A DNA stretch of 64,000 nt from Alphaproteobacteria bacterium (GCA_964291215.2 OZ219790.1:2080001-2144000); one strand, 5' to 3'; shown: positions 1 through 11,508, numbered from the stretch's first letter. Numbers and translations: made by a program. The notes: generated by a model not told the origin, from the letters alone.

Positions 1-184
1 GTCCCCGGCCCTGGGTTGTGCCGACGCGGGTCCAGCCGGAAGCCTTGTAGACGGCACCGGTGTATCGCGGGGTCTCGATGAGCACGGGGGTGATGTTGTA
101 GCGCTCGGTCCAGTCTGTGGGCAGGCGGCGGCGGACGATGGCGAGGATGTGCGAGCCGAGGTTGGGGATCTCGATCCAGGGCAG
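1..184 (-). pseudogene. DUF4338 (DruA-like) domain fragment, running off the window edge
   Basis: Manual minus-strand translation LPWIEIPNLGSHILAIVRRRLPTDWTERYNITPVLIETPRYTGAVYKASGWTRVGTTQGRG matches the DUF4338 core (PNL.S..L..RRL..DW..RY...PVL.ET....G..Y.A..W..VG.T.GRG). Confidence 0.75.
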
Positions 185-185
185 G

Positions 186-510
186 CCTCTCGCCCCAGGC
201 GCAGGCCGTCGACTTCTGGCACAGCTGCGAGCATCTCCGCACAACCTCCGACCACGCCGTCGATCCCCGCTGGTTCGAGACTTACCGCCATACCCTGCGA
301 CACGACCTGCACGGCAGCGCCAGGGTCATCAGGGCGCTGTGCTATCTCCGCGACAAGGCAGGCAGCAACCGCATCACGCGCATCGCCATCGAGCGCGAAC
401 TCGCCTTCTTCCGCAAGCACCGCAAGCGCATGCGATACCGCAACCTCAGCGACCGGGGCATCGCCATCGGCTCCGGTGTCGTCGAGGCCGCAAACAAAAC
501 CCTCGTCAAA
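186..510 (+). pseudogene. ISKra4-family transposase C-terminal fragment
   Basis: Closely similar to 11105-11410; encodes DFWHSCEHL...RKHRKRMRYRNLSDRGIAIGSGVVEAANK. Confidence 0.75.
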
Positions 511-570
511 CAGAGAACCGCACCTTTGGTGCTAACCATCTGACATGATTGTGGATTTTTCCCGTTTCCG

Positions 571-1758
571 GTGCAACCGAGCGCGGCATCGAACCCGGTT
601 CTGCACAGGAGTGCAACAGATCAGGGAGCCGCAATCTTGGCAGCCATCCGCCTCACCCAGCGCCGGGTCGATACCCTCCGGCCCCGCAAGTCCGTCCGCA
701 ATGTCCGGGACGCCGGACTGAAGGGCTACGGCGTGCGCGTCATGCCTTCGGGCACGAAGCGCTACTTCATCCACAGCCAGCACCGCGGCCACCGGGTCTG
801 GAAGATCGTCGGCGACGCAGCGGTCATGACCGAGGCCGAAGCGCGCGCCCGGTCCATGCTCGCCGCTCTCCGCGACGACAGGGACATCGAAGCGGAAGCA
901 TCCGGCGACGCGCTGTTCGAGAGCGTCGCCGAAGAGGTCTTCACCCGCTACGGCAGGCGCTGGAAGCCGCGCACGCTCGCCGTCAACCGCCATTATCTCC
1001 GGCGACAGATACTGCCCTTCTTCGCGGGCCGGCCGATCGCGGAGATCGACCGCGAGGAGGTGCAGCATTGGTTCCGCTCGCTCCATGCGGTGCCGGCGGC
1101 GGCGAACCGTTCGGCGCCGATCCTGTCCGTCATCATGCAGCAGGCCGAGGCCTGGGGATACCGCACCGATGGCGGCAATCCCTGCAAGGGCATCCGGCGC
1201 TACCGGCAGAAGCGGTCGGAGCGCTTCCTGTCGCCCGAGGAATACCGCCGCCTCGGCAGGGCGCTGGACCGCCATGAGGCCCGGCAGCCGTTCCGGGTCG
1301 CGGCGCTCCGCCTGCTTCTGCTGACCGGCTGCCGCAAGTCGGAGATCGTCACCCTGGAATGGCGCTTCTACCGCGATGGCAGGCTCTACCTGGCTGATTC
1401 CAAAACTGGTCCCCGCACGGTCTGGCTGTGCAAGGCGGCGCGGGAGGTCCTCGACGGGCTGCCGCGTTCGTCGCGCTTCGTGTTCCCCATCGCAGGCCGG
1501 CGCACGCCCTGGAGCTGGCTGGACGCCTTCTGGATGCAGTTGCGCACCGAGGCGGGCCTCGAGGACATGCGCCTGCATGACATGCGGCACAGCTACGCCA
1601 GCATGGCGCTGTCGGGCGGCGAGACGATCCGCACGGTGGGCCGGCTGCTGGGTCATGAGAAGGCTGCGACCACGCTGAAATACGCGCATCTCTCCGACGC
1701 GACGGTCAGGGAGACGGTCGAGGCGCTGGCGCCGCTGCTCTCGGGAGCGCAGTCATGA
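571..1758 (+). CDS. Tyrosine recombinase/integrase with N-terminal Arm-DNA-binding (DUF4102-like) domain
   Basis: GYGVRVMPSGTK arm motif; catalytic residues TGCR, SKTG, LHDMRH, LLGH, TLKYAH all present; true start may be TTG near 637. Confidence 0.9.
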   Translation: MQPSAASNPVLHRSATDQGAAILAAIRLTQRRVDTLRPRKSVRNVRDAGLKGYGVRVMPSGTKRYFIHSQHRGHRVWKIVGDAAVMTEAEARARSMLAALRDDRDIEAEASGDALFESVAEEVFTRYGRRWKPRTLAVNRHYLRRQILPFFAGRPIAEIDREEVQHWFRSLHAVPAAANRSAPILSVIMQQAEAWGYRTDGGNPCKGIRRYRQKRSERFLSPEEYRRLGRALDRHEARQPFRVAALRLLLLTGCRKSEIVTLEWRFYRDGRLYLADSKTGPRTVWLCKAAREVLDGLPRSSRFVFPIAGRRTPWSWLDAFWMQLRTEAGLEDMRLHDMRHSYASMALSGGETIRTVGRLLGHEKAATTLKYAHLSDATVRETVEALAPLLSGAQS

Positions 1759-2939
1759 CGGGCAGGGCGGGGAAGGTCCGCCTGACGGATGCAGGCGTCG
1801 CAAGATTGAAGCCGGGCGGGACGGAATATATCGTGAAGGACACGCGTATCGCCGGTCCGGGCGTGCGGGTCCGTCCTTCCGGGCATCGCGGTTTCGTGTG
1901 GCACGGGACCGTGAACGGCAGGATGGTGCGGACGACCATAGGCGCGGCCGCGCTGATGACGGTAGAGGAAGCCCGGGTCGCATGCCGGGCCCTGCTGGAC
2001 GGCTCGCATTCGCTCTGCGCCGCAGACCCTGCCGCCCGGACTTCCGTTCCCCTGTTCCGGGATTTCGTCATGCAGGACTGGCTGCCGGCGCGCCGGGGCC
2101 ATTGCAGCCCGGTCTGGGGCGAGCGCGTGGAGCATATGGTCCGGCGACGGCTTCTGCCCGCCTTCGGGGCGCTCCGCCTCGACCGCATCGCCAGGCCCAT
2201 GTCGAACGCTGGTTCGACGCCATGAGCCGCAAGACGCCGGGCGCCGCCAACATCGCGCTCGTCGTGTTGCGCCAGATCGTGACCGCCGCCAGGGCCGTCG
2301 GTCATGTTGGAACCGACCCTGCCGCCGGCGTCAGGCCGAACCCGCGCCGGAAGATGATCCGCTTCCTGTCCGCAGAAGAGATCGCCCGGCTTCACCGAAC
2401 CCTGGACCGGCTGGTGCGGGAACGGCCCTCGCGCCGCCCGCAGGCCGACATCATCCGCCTGCTGCTGCTGACCGGCTGCCGGAAGAGCGAAATCCTGAAG
2501 CTCGGATGGTCGGAGGTCGACGGCGACACACTCAGATTGGCGGAGGCCAAGATGGGCGCGCGCACGGTATGGCTGAGCGGGGCGGCGCAGGCCGTCATCG
2601 CCCGCCAACCGCGAAACGGGAGCGCCTTCGTGTTTCCGTCGCCGGGAGACCCGGCAAGGCCGCAATCCAGCAATCTGGGTCTCTGGCTTCTGGCAAGGCG
2701 TGAAGCCGGAATCGAGGATGCGCGCCTGCACGATTTGCGCCATACGGTGGCCAGTCAGGCCGTGGCCAGTGACGTTCCGCTGCCGATCGTCCTCGGATGC
2801 TCGGTCATACGCAGCCGATCATGACGCTCAGATACGCCCATGTCGGGACCATGAGGTCGAAAACGCCGCAGAACGCATCGGGGCGAGAATCGCCAAGGCT
2901 TTGGCTGGCGGGCCAGTCGATTACGGGAGTCCACCCTGA
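1755..2939 (+). pseudogene. Second tandem Arm-domain tyrosine recombinase, frameshifted
   Basis: Start overlaps the stop of the first integrase (ATGA); homology is spread over ORFs 1755-2225, 1898-2824, 2797-3021 and 2700-2939 (TGCRKSE, LHDLRH, MLGH..TLRYAH). Confidence 0.85.
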
Positions 2940-3271
2940 TACCCGACTGCCGGATCGCACGACAGGGCAGGAACGCTCAGCAGGCTGGGCACAACTCCGT
3001 GAGGCGTTTGCGCAGTTCTGAAGTCGTTTCTGGGCAAGGGCTTCGGGCCGGGCTGAGATTTTTCTTACCCCGGCGGTTTGTCTGATTTCCGCGGTGTTCG
3101 GCGTGACGCGGGGTCGGGTTTGTCGATTTTCACCCCACGCCGGGAGGAGGGCCGGGCGTGCCCGGTCGTCGTCTTTGCTGGCGCGTCGCGTTGTGCGTTC
3201 GTCATGAGATAGAAGTTGTCGCTATCGGGCCTGGGCCCTGTTCCCCTACGTGTCCAGACGATTGGAAGAAC

Positions 3272-3829
3272 ATGATGGCGACGGGAGAGACGTTACCGTT
3301 TTCGTGGCGGTCTGTCGAAGGTCTTCCGGATCTTGCGCGGTTGCGTGTGGTGCTGGAGGTGCTTCCGGACGAGGAGGTTGTGGCGGCGCTTGAGGCGGGT
3401 CGTGGCCGGGGTCGCAACGACTACCCGGTGCGGGCGATGTGGCGGGCTCTGATAGCGGGGATCGTGTTCCAGCACGCCTTGATGCAGTTGCTTCTGCGGG
3501 AGCTGGGCCGCAACCCGGCGCTTCTGGAGATTTGCGGGTTCGAGGCGCTTCCCTGGCAGGGCGCGCGGTGAGGCGTCCGGCGCCGTTGCGCTCGACGGTG
3601 CCGGGTTTCCTGGAACTTCTCGCACTTTCTAGGGCGCGTGGTGCGGCTTGATGACGAGCGCGGCCTTGTGTCGGGGATGATCGGGCGTCTGCGCGCCTCG
3701 CTGTTCGAGGAGTTGCCGGACTTCGGTCGCCATCTCGGGTATGACGGCAAGGCGGTGGCGAGCCACTCGACGGGCCGGATTGCCGGTGACAGGGGGAAGA
3801 CATCGGACCCCGATGCGGACTGGGGCAAG
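3272..3829 (+). pseudogene. DDE transposase (IS1182/IS5-like), N-terminal half; continues at 27930
   Basis: GRNDYPVRAMWRALIAGIVFQH...CGF and DGKAV...SDPDADWGK, then an abrupt break; internal stop. Confidence 0.75.
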
Positions 3830-4206
3830 TAAATAACTTCCCACGAAGCACCCACTTCGGCATCCCTGCCAAGCCCTTCCATTCGAGGCATGTATGACAT
3901 AAGTAGTTGCGTTGACAGGGTTATTTCTGTCCGCTAGATTGCGGCCATGGAACCCACAGTCGCCAAACGAGACAAGAGAGCGAGTGCTTACGATCCGTTT
4001 CGCACGCTCGCATTCCCGCTGCGCTTACGAGAAAATCGACCCGTTCCACCACAGGACGCCATCCGTCGAATCCGGTTCGGCGAGGCCGTGACGGAGGGAG
4101 CGATGGCGCAGACCGAATTCGGACCGGACCTGCCGGAACGCGGAGCCGGCATCGTCGTTTTCATCGTCGCCATGACCGAACGCCCTCGTCTCCGGAGCAG
4201 GACGCC

Positions 4207-5359
4207 ATGACGCAACGCCAGTACCGCACCCTCTCCAAGCGTATCGTCGACAGTCTTCCCGCCGATGGCAGGGACACCGTCTACTAGGACCGCGAGCTGC
4301 CCGGTTTCGGCCTGCGCGTCTACGCGAGCGGCAAGAAGGTCTTCGTCGTCCAGACGCGAGCCTTCGGCCGTTCCAGACGCGTGACCCTCGGCGAGCACGG
4401 CAACCCGCTCTCCGCCGACCCGCAAGGAGGCCGCCGAGGTCATCGTCCGCATCAAGACGGGGCAGCCCCCGCAGGACCCGGCCAACGATCCCACCGTCGC
4501 CGACCTCGCGGACCGCTACTTCCGCGAACATGTCGAGATGCACTGCAAGCCGGCCACCGTCTCCCGCTACCGGATCACGCTGCGCAAGCACATCGTGCCC
4601 GCCCTCGGCGGGCGTCTCGTCGCCGAGGTCGGGCACAAGGACATCCTGCGCTTCCACGACGCGCTGCATCACAGCCCCAGTGTCGCCAACCGGGCGGCCG
4701 ACATTCTGGTCAAGATGTTCAATCTGGCCGACGCGTGGGGCTGGTGTCCCTCGGGGCGCAACCCGGCCCGGAGCGTGCCCCGTTTCAGGGTCGAGAAGCA
4801 CGAGCGCTTCCTCACCCGCGAGGAACTCTCCCGGCGAGGCGCTCAGGGCCGCGCCCGCCGGGCGTCCCCCCATGCGGCGGCCGCCATCTATCTTCTCGTG
4901 CTGACCGGCTGCCGGCGCAACGAGATCCTCGGCCTGCGGTAGGACGACCTCAACTTCGACACCGGCGAGATACGGCTGCGCGACTCCAAGACCGGCGCGC
5001 GGATGGCGCCGATGCCGGCAAGGGTGGCCGCGGTGTTCGCCGGCCTGCCCCGCACGCCCGGCAATCCCTGGGTCTTCCCCGGCAGGAAGAAGGGCGCGCA
5101 CCTGGTCAACCTCAACGACTCCTGGGGCCGCATCCGCAAGGACGCGGGTCTCGAAGGCATCCGCCTGCACGACTTGCGCCACACCTTCGCTTCCAGGGTG
5201 CTCGCGCTGGGCGAGGGCCTGGCGATGATCGGCGACCTGCTCGGCCACCGCAAGGTGAGCGCCACCGCGCGTTACCTCGCGCGGGACTCGGTGCGGGTGT
5301 CCTCGGCCCGGATCGCCGCCGACATCGGCGCCAGGATCATGGCGCCGGACGGCCGCTAG
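4207..5359 (+). pseudogene. Third Arm-domain tyrosine recombinase with nonsense codons and frameshifts
   Basis: LPGFGLRVYASG arm motif, LTGCRRNEIL, LHDLRHTFAS, LLGH..TARY; in-frame TAG near 4285 and 4940. Confidence 0.85.
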
Positions 5360-5482
5360 CGCGCCCGCGTCAAGGCGTACTCCGGAAGGACACTCCATCG
5401 CGAGATCTGGGACCAGGACGAGGCCATCGCCGCCGAAGCCTTCCGCATCCTCAGCCAGGGCGTCGCGCCCGACGGATACCAG

Positions 5483-6208
5483 ATGGCAGACGAACGCGAA
5501 CACCTCCTCTGGGGCTTCGTCAACATGCTCCACGCCCAGACGCAGCGCCTCGACCGCGCCGCCGACAGGCTCACCCCCGAACTCCAGAACCTCCAGCGCA
5601 CACAGGACGGCTCCGAGATCAGGTCCCTGGAACTGGAACTCACGACCGACCGCGCGCAGAACCTCGGCGACCGACGCGACGCCTTCGAGACCTTGCGCGA
5701 CGAGGCCGCCGAAGCCTACCGCGCAGACACCGGCGACACATGGCGGCCCCGGCGCGGCAGCCACGCCAGCCAGACCGGACATCTGACCTCCGCAGCCATC
5801 GACGCCCGCGACTTCGTCCGCGCCCGAAAGGACCGCAAGACACAGGCTCACCTGCCCCAGGGAACCCTCGTCGCCATCGCCGGCGGAAAGGACATCGCAA
5901 ATCCGGCGGCAGTCATCGAGCGCCTCGACAAGGTCCGCGCCAGGTATGCCGACCTCGTCCTCGTCCATGGCGGCGGCCCCGGCGTCGAGAAGATCGCCGC
6001 AAGCTGGGCCGAGCGCAACGGCGTCCACCAGGTCGTCTGCAAGCCCGACTGGGACCGCCACGGTCGCGCCGCCCCCTTCCGCCGCAACGACGAACTGCTC
6101 AACCTCCTGCCGAAGGGCGTCATCGCCTTCCCCGGCTCCGGCATCACCGACAACCTCGTCGACAAGGCCCGCAGCCTCGGCATCCCGGTCATGCGCTGCC
6201 CCGCCTGA
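5483..6208 (+). CDS. DUF2493 / YspA-related SLOG-family protein
   Basis: VAIAGG, VLVHGG.PG.E.IA..WA, PDW.RHGRAAPFRRN, IAFPGSGIT..LVDKAR motifs; frame is open upstream to about 5400, so it may be N-truncated. Confidence 0.8.
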   Translation: MADEREHLLWGFVNMLHAQTQRLDRAADRLTPELQNLQRTQDGSEIRSLELELTTDRAQNLGDRRDAFETLRDEAAEAYRADTGDTWRPRRGSHASQTGHLTSAAIDARDFVRARKDRKTQAHLPQGTLVAIAGGKDIANPAAVIERLDKVRARYADLVLVHGGGPGVEKIAASWAERNGVHQVVCKPDWDRHGRAAPFRRNDELLNLLPKGVIAFPGSGITDNLVDKARSLGIPVMRCPA

Positions 6209-6582
6209 CACGCAGCACCCACGGGCCGCGTCGTCTCCGCTCCGGCGGCGGCGCGGTCCGTCTCCATAGGCGCACACCCGTCACGCGGCAGCTACGCCTC
6301 GCGCGCGCTTCGCGCCGCGTTCGTGCGGAGCCTGCCCCGGACTGCGATCCGGGGCTGCCGCATCACGCGCCGCTGCACCATGCTGCGCATGGGTGCATCG
6401 CGGGCTGCGCCGAGCCCGGCGCAGTGCCGCCGGCACTGCTAACCCGCCCAATGCCGGCGCTGCTGCCGGACCAGCACGACACCGTGCTTCGCACCGCTGC
6501 CCGCAGTCGTGCAGGCGCCGCCGTCGGCGCCTCCGATCGCAACGGCTATCGCAACCGTCACCGCACCCGCGCGGCCGACGCC

Positions 6583-6826
6583 GCGGTAACGGGTGCGCCA
6601 TCCCCGTCTGCGTCTGCGGTAATGTGTGAGCAGCACGCAATCACCCTGAACAGCCCCGCTTTCGTCGAGCACGCCTGTATCGCGGTAACATGTGCGCGGC
6701 GTCCTTCGGCTCCGCGGAACATGTGCGGCGGCGCCCGTGCCGCCGAGGTAACGCCGCCGGCTCCGGTGCGCCATGTGTGAAGACTGCCCTCCGCCGTTTG
6801 CACGCCGCGCCGCGTTCTGTTACCTC
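6583..6826. repeat. Phased short-motif array G(C/A)GGTAAC(ATGTG)
   Basis: Degenerate copies at 6583, 6616, 6682, 6714 and 6745 (spacing 33, 66, 32, 31) and an inverted copy at 6819. Confidence 0.4.
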
Positions 6827-7201
6827 TGCGACCGGACGACAACGCGGAACGCGCCCGAAGATCGCGGACCGGTCGTCTCGCTCAATCGCCGCGACGGCTC
6901 CCGTCCCTTGTGACGCCGGCGTTTCAGGCGATGGTGGTGTGCAGGGCAACCTCGCCCGATCTCGACTCCGTTCGGAGTTTTACCGTCACACCCGACGCAT
7001 CCTTGATGCAGGCGTTGCCATGGCTGCCCGTGTCCGCTGTTGGCTGCCCATGCCGCGGGCAGGCGCAGGTCTGTCCACCCCTGTCACGCCGGGAAAGGTC
7101 GCACCGAATTGGTAGCTCCCGTGTTTGCTGCAAACACATGCGCGATATCAGGAGGTTGGGCGCCGCCCCGCCGCACTCCGTCGGACATGGAGGCCCTAGC
7201 C

Positions 7202-9371
7202 CTGCCGTGTAGACATAAATCTACCAAGCAATGGTTTTGGCGATGCCCGCCGCGCCTACCATGTTGGCGGGATTTTGGGCACGGTCTGGCTGTTGTCGCC
7301 GGCTTGAGCAGCCAGCGCGGGTGCAGCGGCTCGGGTAGCAAAAGACCCACTGGACAACTCCGGCGCGAAGAGTCGCGGCATGGCACAGTCACAGATCCAG
7401 TCCACGCGCGGCGGAGCCCCGGATTGCCGCGATTCTGGCGCGGGAGCGGTTTGGCAGCCGCCACGCGCCGCCGTCTGTGCGAGGATTCAGGGACCGGCGG
7501 GGCCGTTTGCAGCTTGCCGGTTGTCTGAAGGCTTTGCGGGCTCTGGAGGCGCGCTCGGAAGTGATTGTCCTTCCACCGCCGCGGCGGTGCGGCCGTCGCT
7601 TCTGGGGACGCCGATAGCGCCTGCGGAGGGAGTTCCGGACCGGCTTTCGGAGGTTTGAGATTGCGGCGGTGGACACGCGCGCCGGCCGCCGGGTGTGGAA
7701 CACGCTGATGGCATACGAGCATCCGCGTGACGACGTTTGCCGGCTGCGCTATCTCGTTGGCTCCGAGCATGGTCTTTTGGGCGCCGCGGGGTTTTCTGCC
7801 GCTGCGGTTGTCGGCGCGCGACCGGGGGTGGGACGAAGCGCAGCGGCGGGACAATCTTGACCGGGTTCTGAGCCGTTTCCTGATCCGGCCGGGTGTTGCC
7901 AACCTTGCCAGCCATGTGCTGGGGCGTGTTCTGCGGCGGGGGACTTCGAGGCGCGTTACGGTTTTCAGCCGTGGCTTGTCGAGACGTTTCTCGAGGATCA
8001 GGGGGCGTGCCTGCGTGCGGCGAACTTCTTGGCGCGACGGCGGGGCGCGGCCGTCAGGATCGCGAGAACCGCGGCCGGTGAATTCATGTACGCGGCGGCG
8101 TCTGGGGGTTCCGGAGGCGGCGCTCGATCCGGGCGAGGGGCTTGGCGTGTGGGCGGTGAACGAGTTTGGAGGTGCGCAGTTGGGCGACAAGCGGTTGACG
8201 GCTGGTCAAGAGTGCGACGCTGGCGTATCCAGGGCGCGCGCAATGTCGAGAGCGACGAGGCTGCGGTGAACGGTTTCTACCGACTGATCGAGCATCCTGC
8301 GGACGTGACGGTCGAGAACATCCTCGCGCCGCGAGCGCACGGGCATGCGCGGACAGTCGACGGTGCTCGCGATGGCACCGATCTGAACTTCACGCGTCGT
8401 CCGTACACCGATGGCCTGCAGATCATCGGCAAGAACCAAACCGGCGCCCTGGGATTGCACCTGACGCTTGCGGTGAACGGGCTGCCGCGTGCTGCGCCTC
8501 GGTCACCGCACGTGCAAGACCCGGCGCTTGAGGACACGCTCCGGGCGACGCGCGCGCTGACGCGGGTGATCGCGGTGTGCGAGGCCGACTGTCTGTTCGA
8601 TGCCCAGCGCCGGGGGTCGAACTGCTGGTGCGGACGACCGCTGCCTGGCCGGCGAACGGAAGCTGTTCGCGACCGTCAGCCCCGCCGCGAGCCGGGTCGA
8701 GCGCCTCGGCGAGCGCAGGAAGTCGAGCAAGGTCAAGCCGCGCGCGCAAAGCGAGTTGCGCTTTTGCAAGGCCACCCTGCCGGCCACTGTCAAGAAGCCG
8801 GTCTCGGCCGTCCACCTCATCGAGCGCAACCCGCCCGGCAACGAGGACCCGATCCAGTGGTTCCTGCTCGCCACCGTCGACCACGCCGCAACCGCCGCCG
8901 AGATGATCGGATATTACCTCCAAAGGCGTCGAGGACTTCTTCAGAGTCCTCAAGTCCGGCTGCCGAACCGAGTTCCTCATGTTCCGCACCGCCTGCAACG
9001 CGCCATCACCATCAACGCCGTCATCGCCTGGCGCATCATGGTCATGACCCTGCGGCAGGTCCCCGAGTGCGAGCCCGAACTGCTGTTCACCGATCACGAA
9101 CTCAGCTTCCTGCGTCACTACGCCCTCAACAGCCGGCTCGATGCTCCCGACACGCTCGGGAACGCCGTCCGCCTCGTCGCCCATCTCGGCGGATACCGCG
9201 GGCGAACGCCCGACCCCGGAAACCAGATCATGTGGCAGGGCTACGGAACCCTCACGAAAGCCACCATCGGCCACAGAATCGGACACCAATTCGGCTTCGA
9301 GGACGGCAAGCGATACATGCTCGAACAGGTGCAAAAACATGTTGGGTAGCAAACTTGTGGCTACACGGCAG
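7202..9371 (+). mobile_element. IS4-family (IS50/Tn5-like) element with N-terminal DUF4338 domain, heavily frameshifted
   Basis: TIR CTGCCGTGTAG at both ends; TSD CCCTAGCC at 7194-7201 and 9372-9379; WAVNEFGGAQLGDKRL, DGTDLNF, WFLL, VAHLGGY..PG..IMWQG motifs; DUF4338 motifs at about 7670-8070. Confidence 0.85.
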
Positions 9372-9604
9372 CCCTAGCCTGCCCCCGCTGGATATGGACT
9401 TGCTCCTGCGGAACTACCAGTCTGGTATCGCCCTCGCATACGCTGCACCATGACAGCTACCGGTCCGGTAGCTGTCCGAAGGCCGCGTTCGCCCGCGACT
9501 TCGGTCCGTCACACCGAACGACCGGGGGCGGCGCGGCTCCGGGGATCTGAAAGAACCGGAACCGGAACTCTTCCGAATCCATACGCAAGAACGGACAAAA
9601 CCGC

Positions 9605-9943
9605 ATGACATCGTCACTCCAGAAGAACATCCGGGTCACCGCAGACCAATGGAAGCGTATCGAAACGGCGGCAAGGGAGCGGCAGGTTTCGCCCAATCGG
9701 CTCGTCGTCGAGCTCGCCATCGAAGCCCTCGACCGGCGCGAATGGCCCGATACCGAGGCTGAAATCAAGGTGGCCCGGGCCTCGCTGTTCGCCGCCCAGG
9801 CCATCGCCCGGAACCTCATTGCCGACGGACGCCAGGCCGAAGTAGAGGAAATCCGGGAGTTCATCTCGACGATCGTGCCGGACCCCGATGCAGAAAGGCC
9901 TGCCGATGGCGTTCTCACCGCTCCGTCCACTCACGCGGACTGA
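9605..9943 (+). CDS. Small hypothetical protein, possible ribbon-helix-helix DNA-binding protein
   Basis: KNIRVTADQWKRIETAARERQVSPNRLVVELAIEAL has a beta-alpha-alpha pattern; clean ORF. Confidence 0.55.
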   Translation: MTSSLQKNIRVTADQWKRIETAARERQVSPNRLVVELAIEALDRREWPDTEAEIKVARASLFAAQAIARNLIADGRQAEVEEIREFISTIVPDPDAERPADGVLTAPSTHAD

Positions 9944-11508
9944 GCAGGGGCGAGCAGTTACGCTTTGTTCCTCCCAGAGAAAGTTGTGGACGACGAGATT
10001 CCTGTGGGTGCAAGTCCGGTATGGCTATCGTAACCGTTTGATATATTGAGATTTTGCCTTTGTTTCCGGTTCCCGATTACCGGGGTTTGGTGACAATCGG
10101 TGGTTGGAGGGCCGGCATTTGTCACGGTTGCACGATGGCGGGGAGGTTGTGCGGGACCGCTCCGCCCCGCCAGAGGCGGTCAGGATGTTGTGTGCACGTC
10201 ACCCTCGGGAGCGGTCCCATGCCAGTGTCGCAGTCTGCGCAGTCTTCGTCCATCGATCTGTCGGGCTTGCCGGCTGGGGTTCTCGAGGCACTGACGGGGT
10301 TGGCGGCCGTGTGCCGTGCGGCGCTTGCCCCGGAGCCCTGTCCGGCGGCGTTCGAGGAGGTGGAGCGGCGAGTTCGGGAGGGCGTGAACGTGCTGGGCTG
10401 CGCGGTGCTGGGGTCGTGGATCAAGCGCCTCGACTACGGGCCGGGTCGAACAGGCCGGGCAGTAGCGGTTCCGTGTGGCGGCGACGCCGAAGACGATCAT
10501 GAGCACGCTCGGCCCGGTGACCTACAGGCGGGCGCGCTATCGCCACGGCGTGGGCGGCCCCTCGTTCGTGCCGGTGGACGAGAGCCTGGGGCTGGTGAAC
10601 GACTGGCTGATGCGCCCGGCCGCGCGGCTCGGGCTGATGATGATGGGCCATTGCACGGCGCGGGAAGCGGAGGCGTTCTTCTCGGAGATGGGTGCCATGG
10701 CGCCGTCCGCGAGCACGCTGCAACGGCTCGTCCGGACCATGCATGAGCGCTGGGAAGGCCTCGGACCGCAGGCGCTGGAGAGTATCCGCGACAGGGAGGA
10801 CATCCCGCCCGAGGCGGTCAGCGCCCCGGTCTCGCTGGACGGCGTGATGGTGGCGTTGCGCGCCGGCGAGGACGGGCGCGACGAGGCCTGCTGGCGCGAG
10901 GCCGCCTGCGGCACGGTCTCCTTCCACGGCCGGGAAGGCGAACGGCTCAAGACCCTCTATCTCGCCCGTATGCCCGAGAGCGGCAAGCGCACGCTGAAGG
11001 CCCAGCTCGCAAGCGAGGTCGCGCATATCCGCCGCGCGCGCCCCGATATCGCGGTCGTTGCGCTCGCCGACGGCGCCCCCGACAACTGGACCTTCCTGGA
11101 GAGCCTCTCGCCCGAGGCCGTCGACTTCTGGCACGCCTGCGAGCATCTCCGCACAGCCTCCGACCATGCCGTCGATCCCAACTGGTTCGAGACTTGCCGC
11201 CATACCCTGCGACACGACCTGCACGGCAGCGCCAAGGTGATCCGGGCGCTGCGCTACCTGCGCGACAAGGCAGGCGGCAACCACACCGCGCGCACCGCCA
11301 TCAAGCGCGAACTCGCCTTCTTCCGCAAGCACCGCAAGCGCATGCGATACCGCAACCTCAGCGACCGGGGCATCACCATCGGTTCCGGCGTTGTCGAGGC
11401 CGCAAACAAAGTAACCCTCCGAGGTAGGCCGCCTGTCGCATTTCTCCGGGATCGGGGAGGGTACGCGCTCGGAGGTGGGCGCGCGTCGCAGGTGCCCACC
11501 AAGGATAA

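Noticed and set aside
571-5359. RIT (recombinase-in-trio) element
   Set aside because: The third gene is separated by other DNA, all three carry arm-binding domains, and no flanking IRs were found
4025-6780. 750-aa and 799-aa ORFs
   Set aside because: Antisense or off-frame shadows of the integrase pseudogene and SLOG gene; no motifs
6583-6826. CRISPR-like array from the 32-bp periodicity
   Set aside because: Repeat is only 7-13 bp and degenerate; no cas genes
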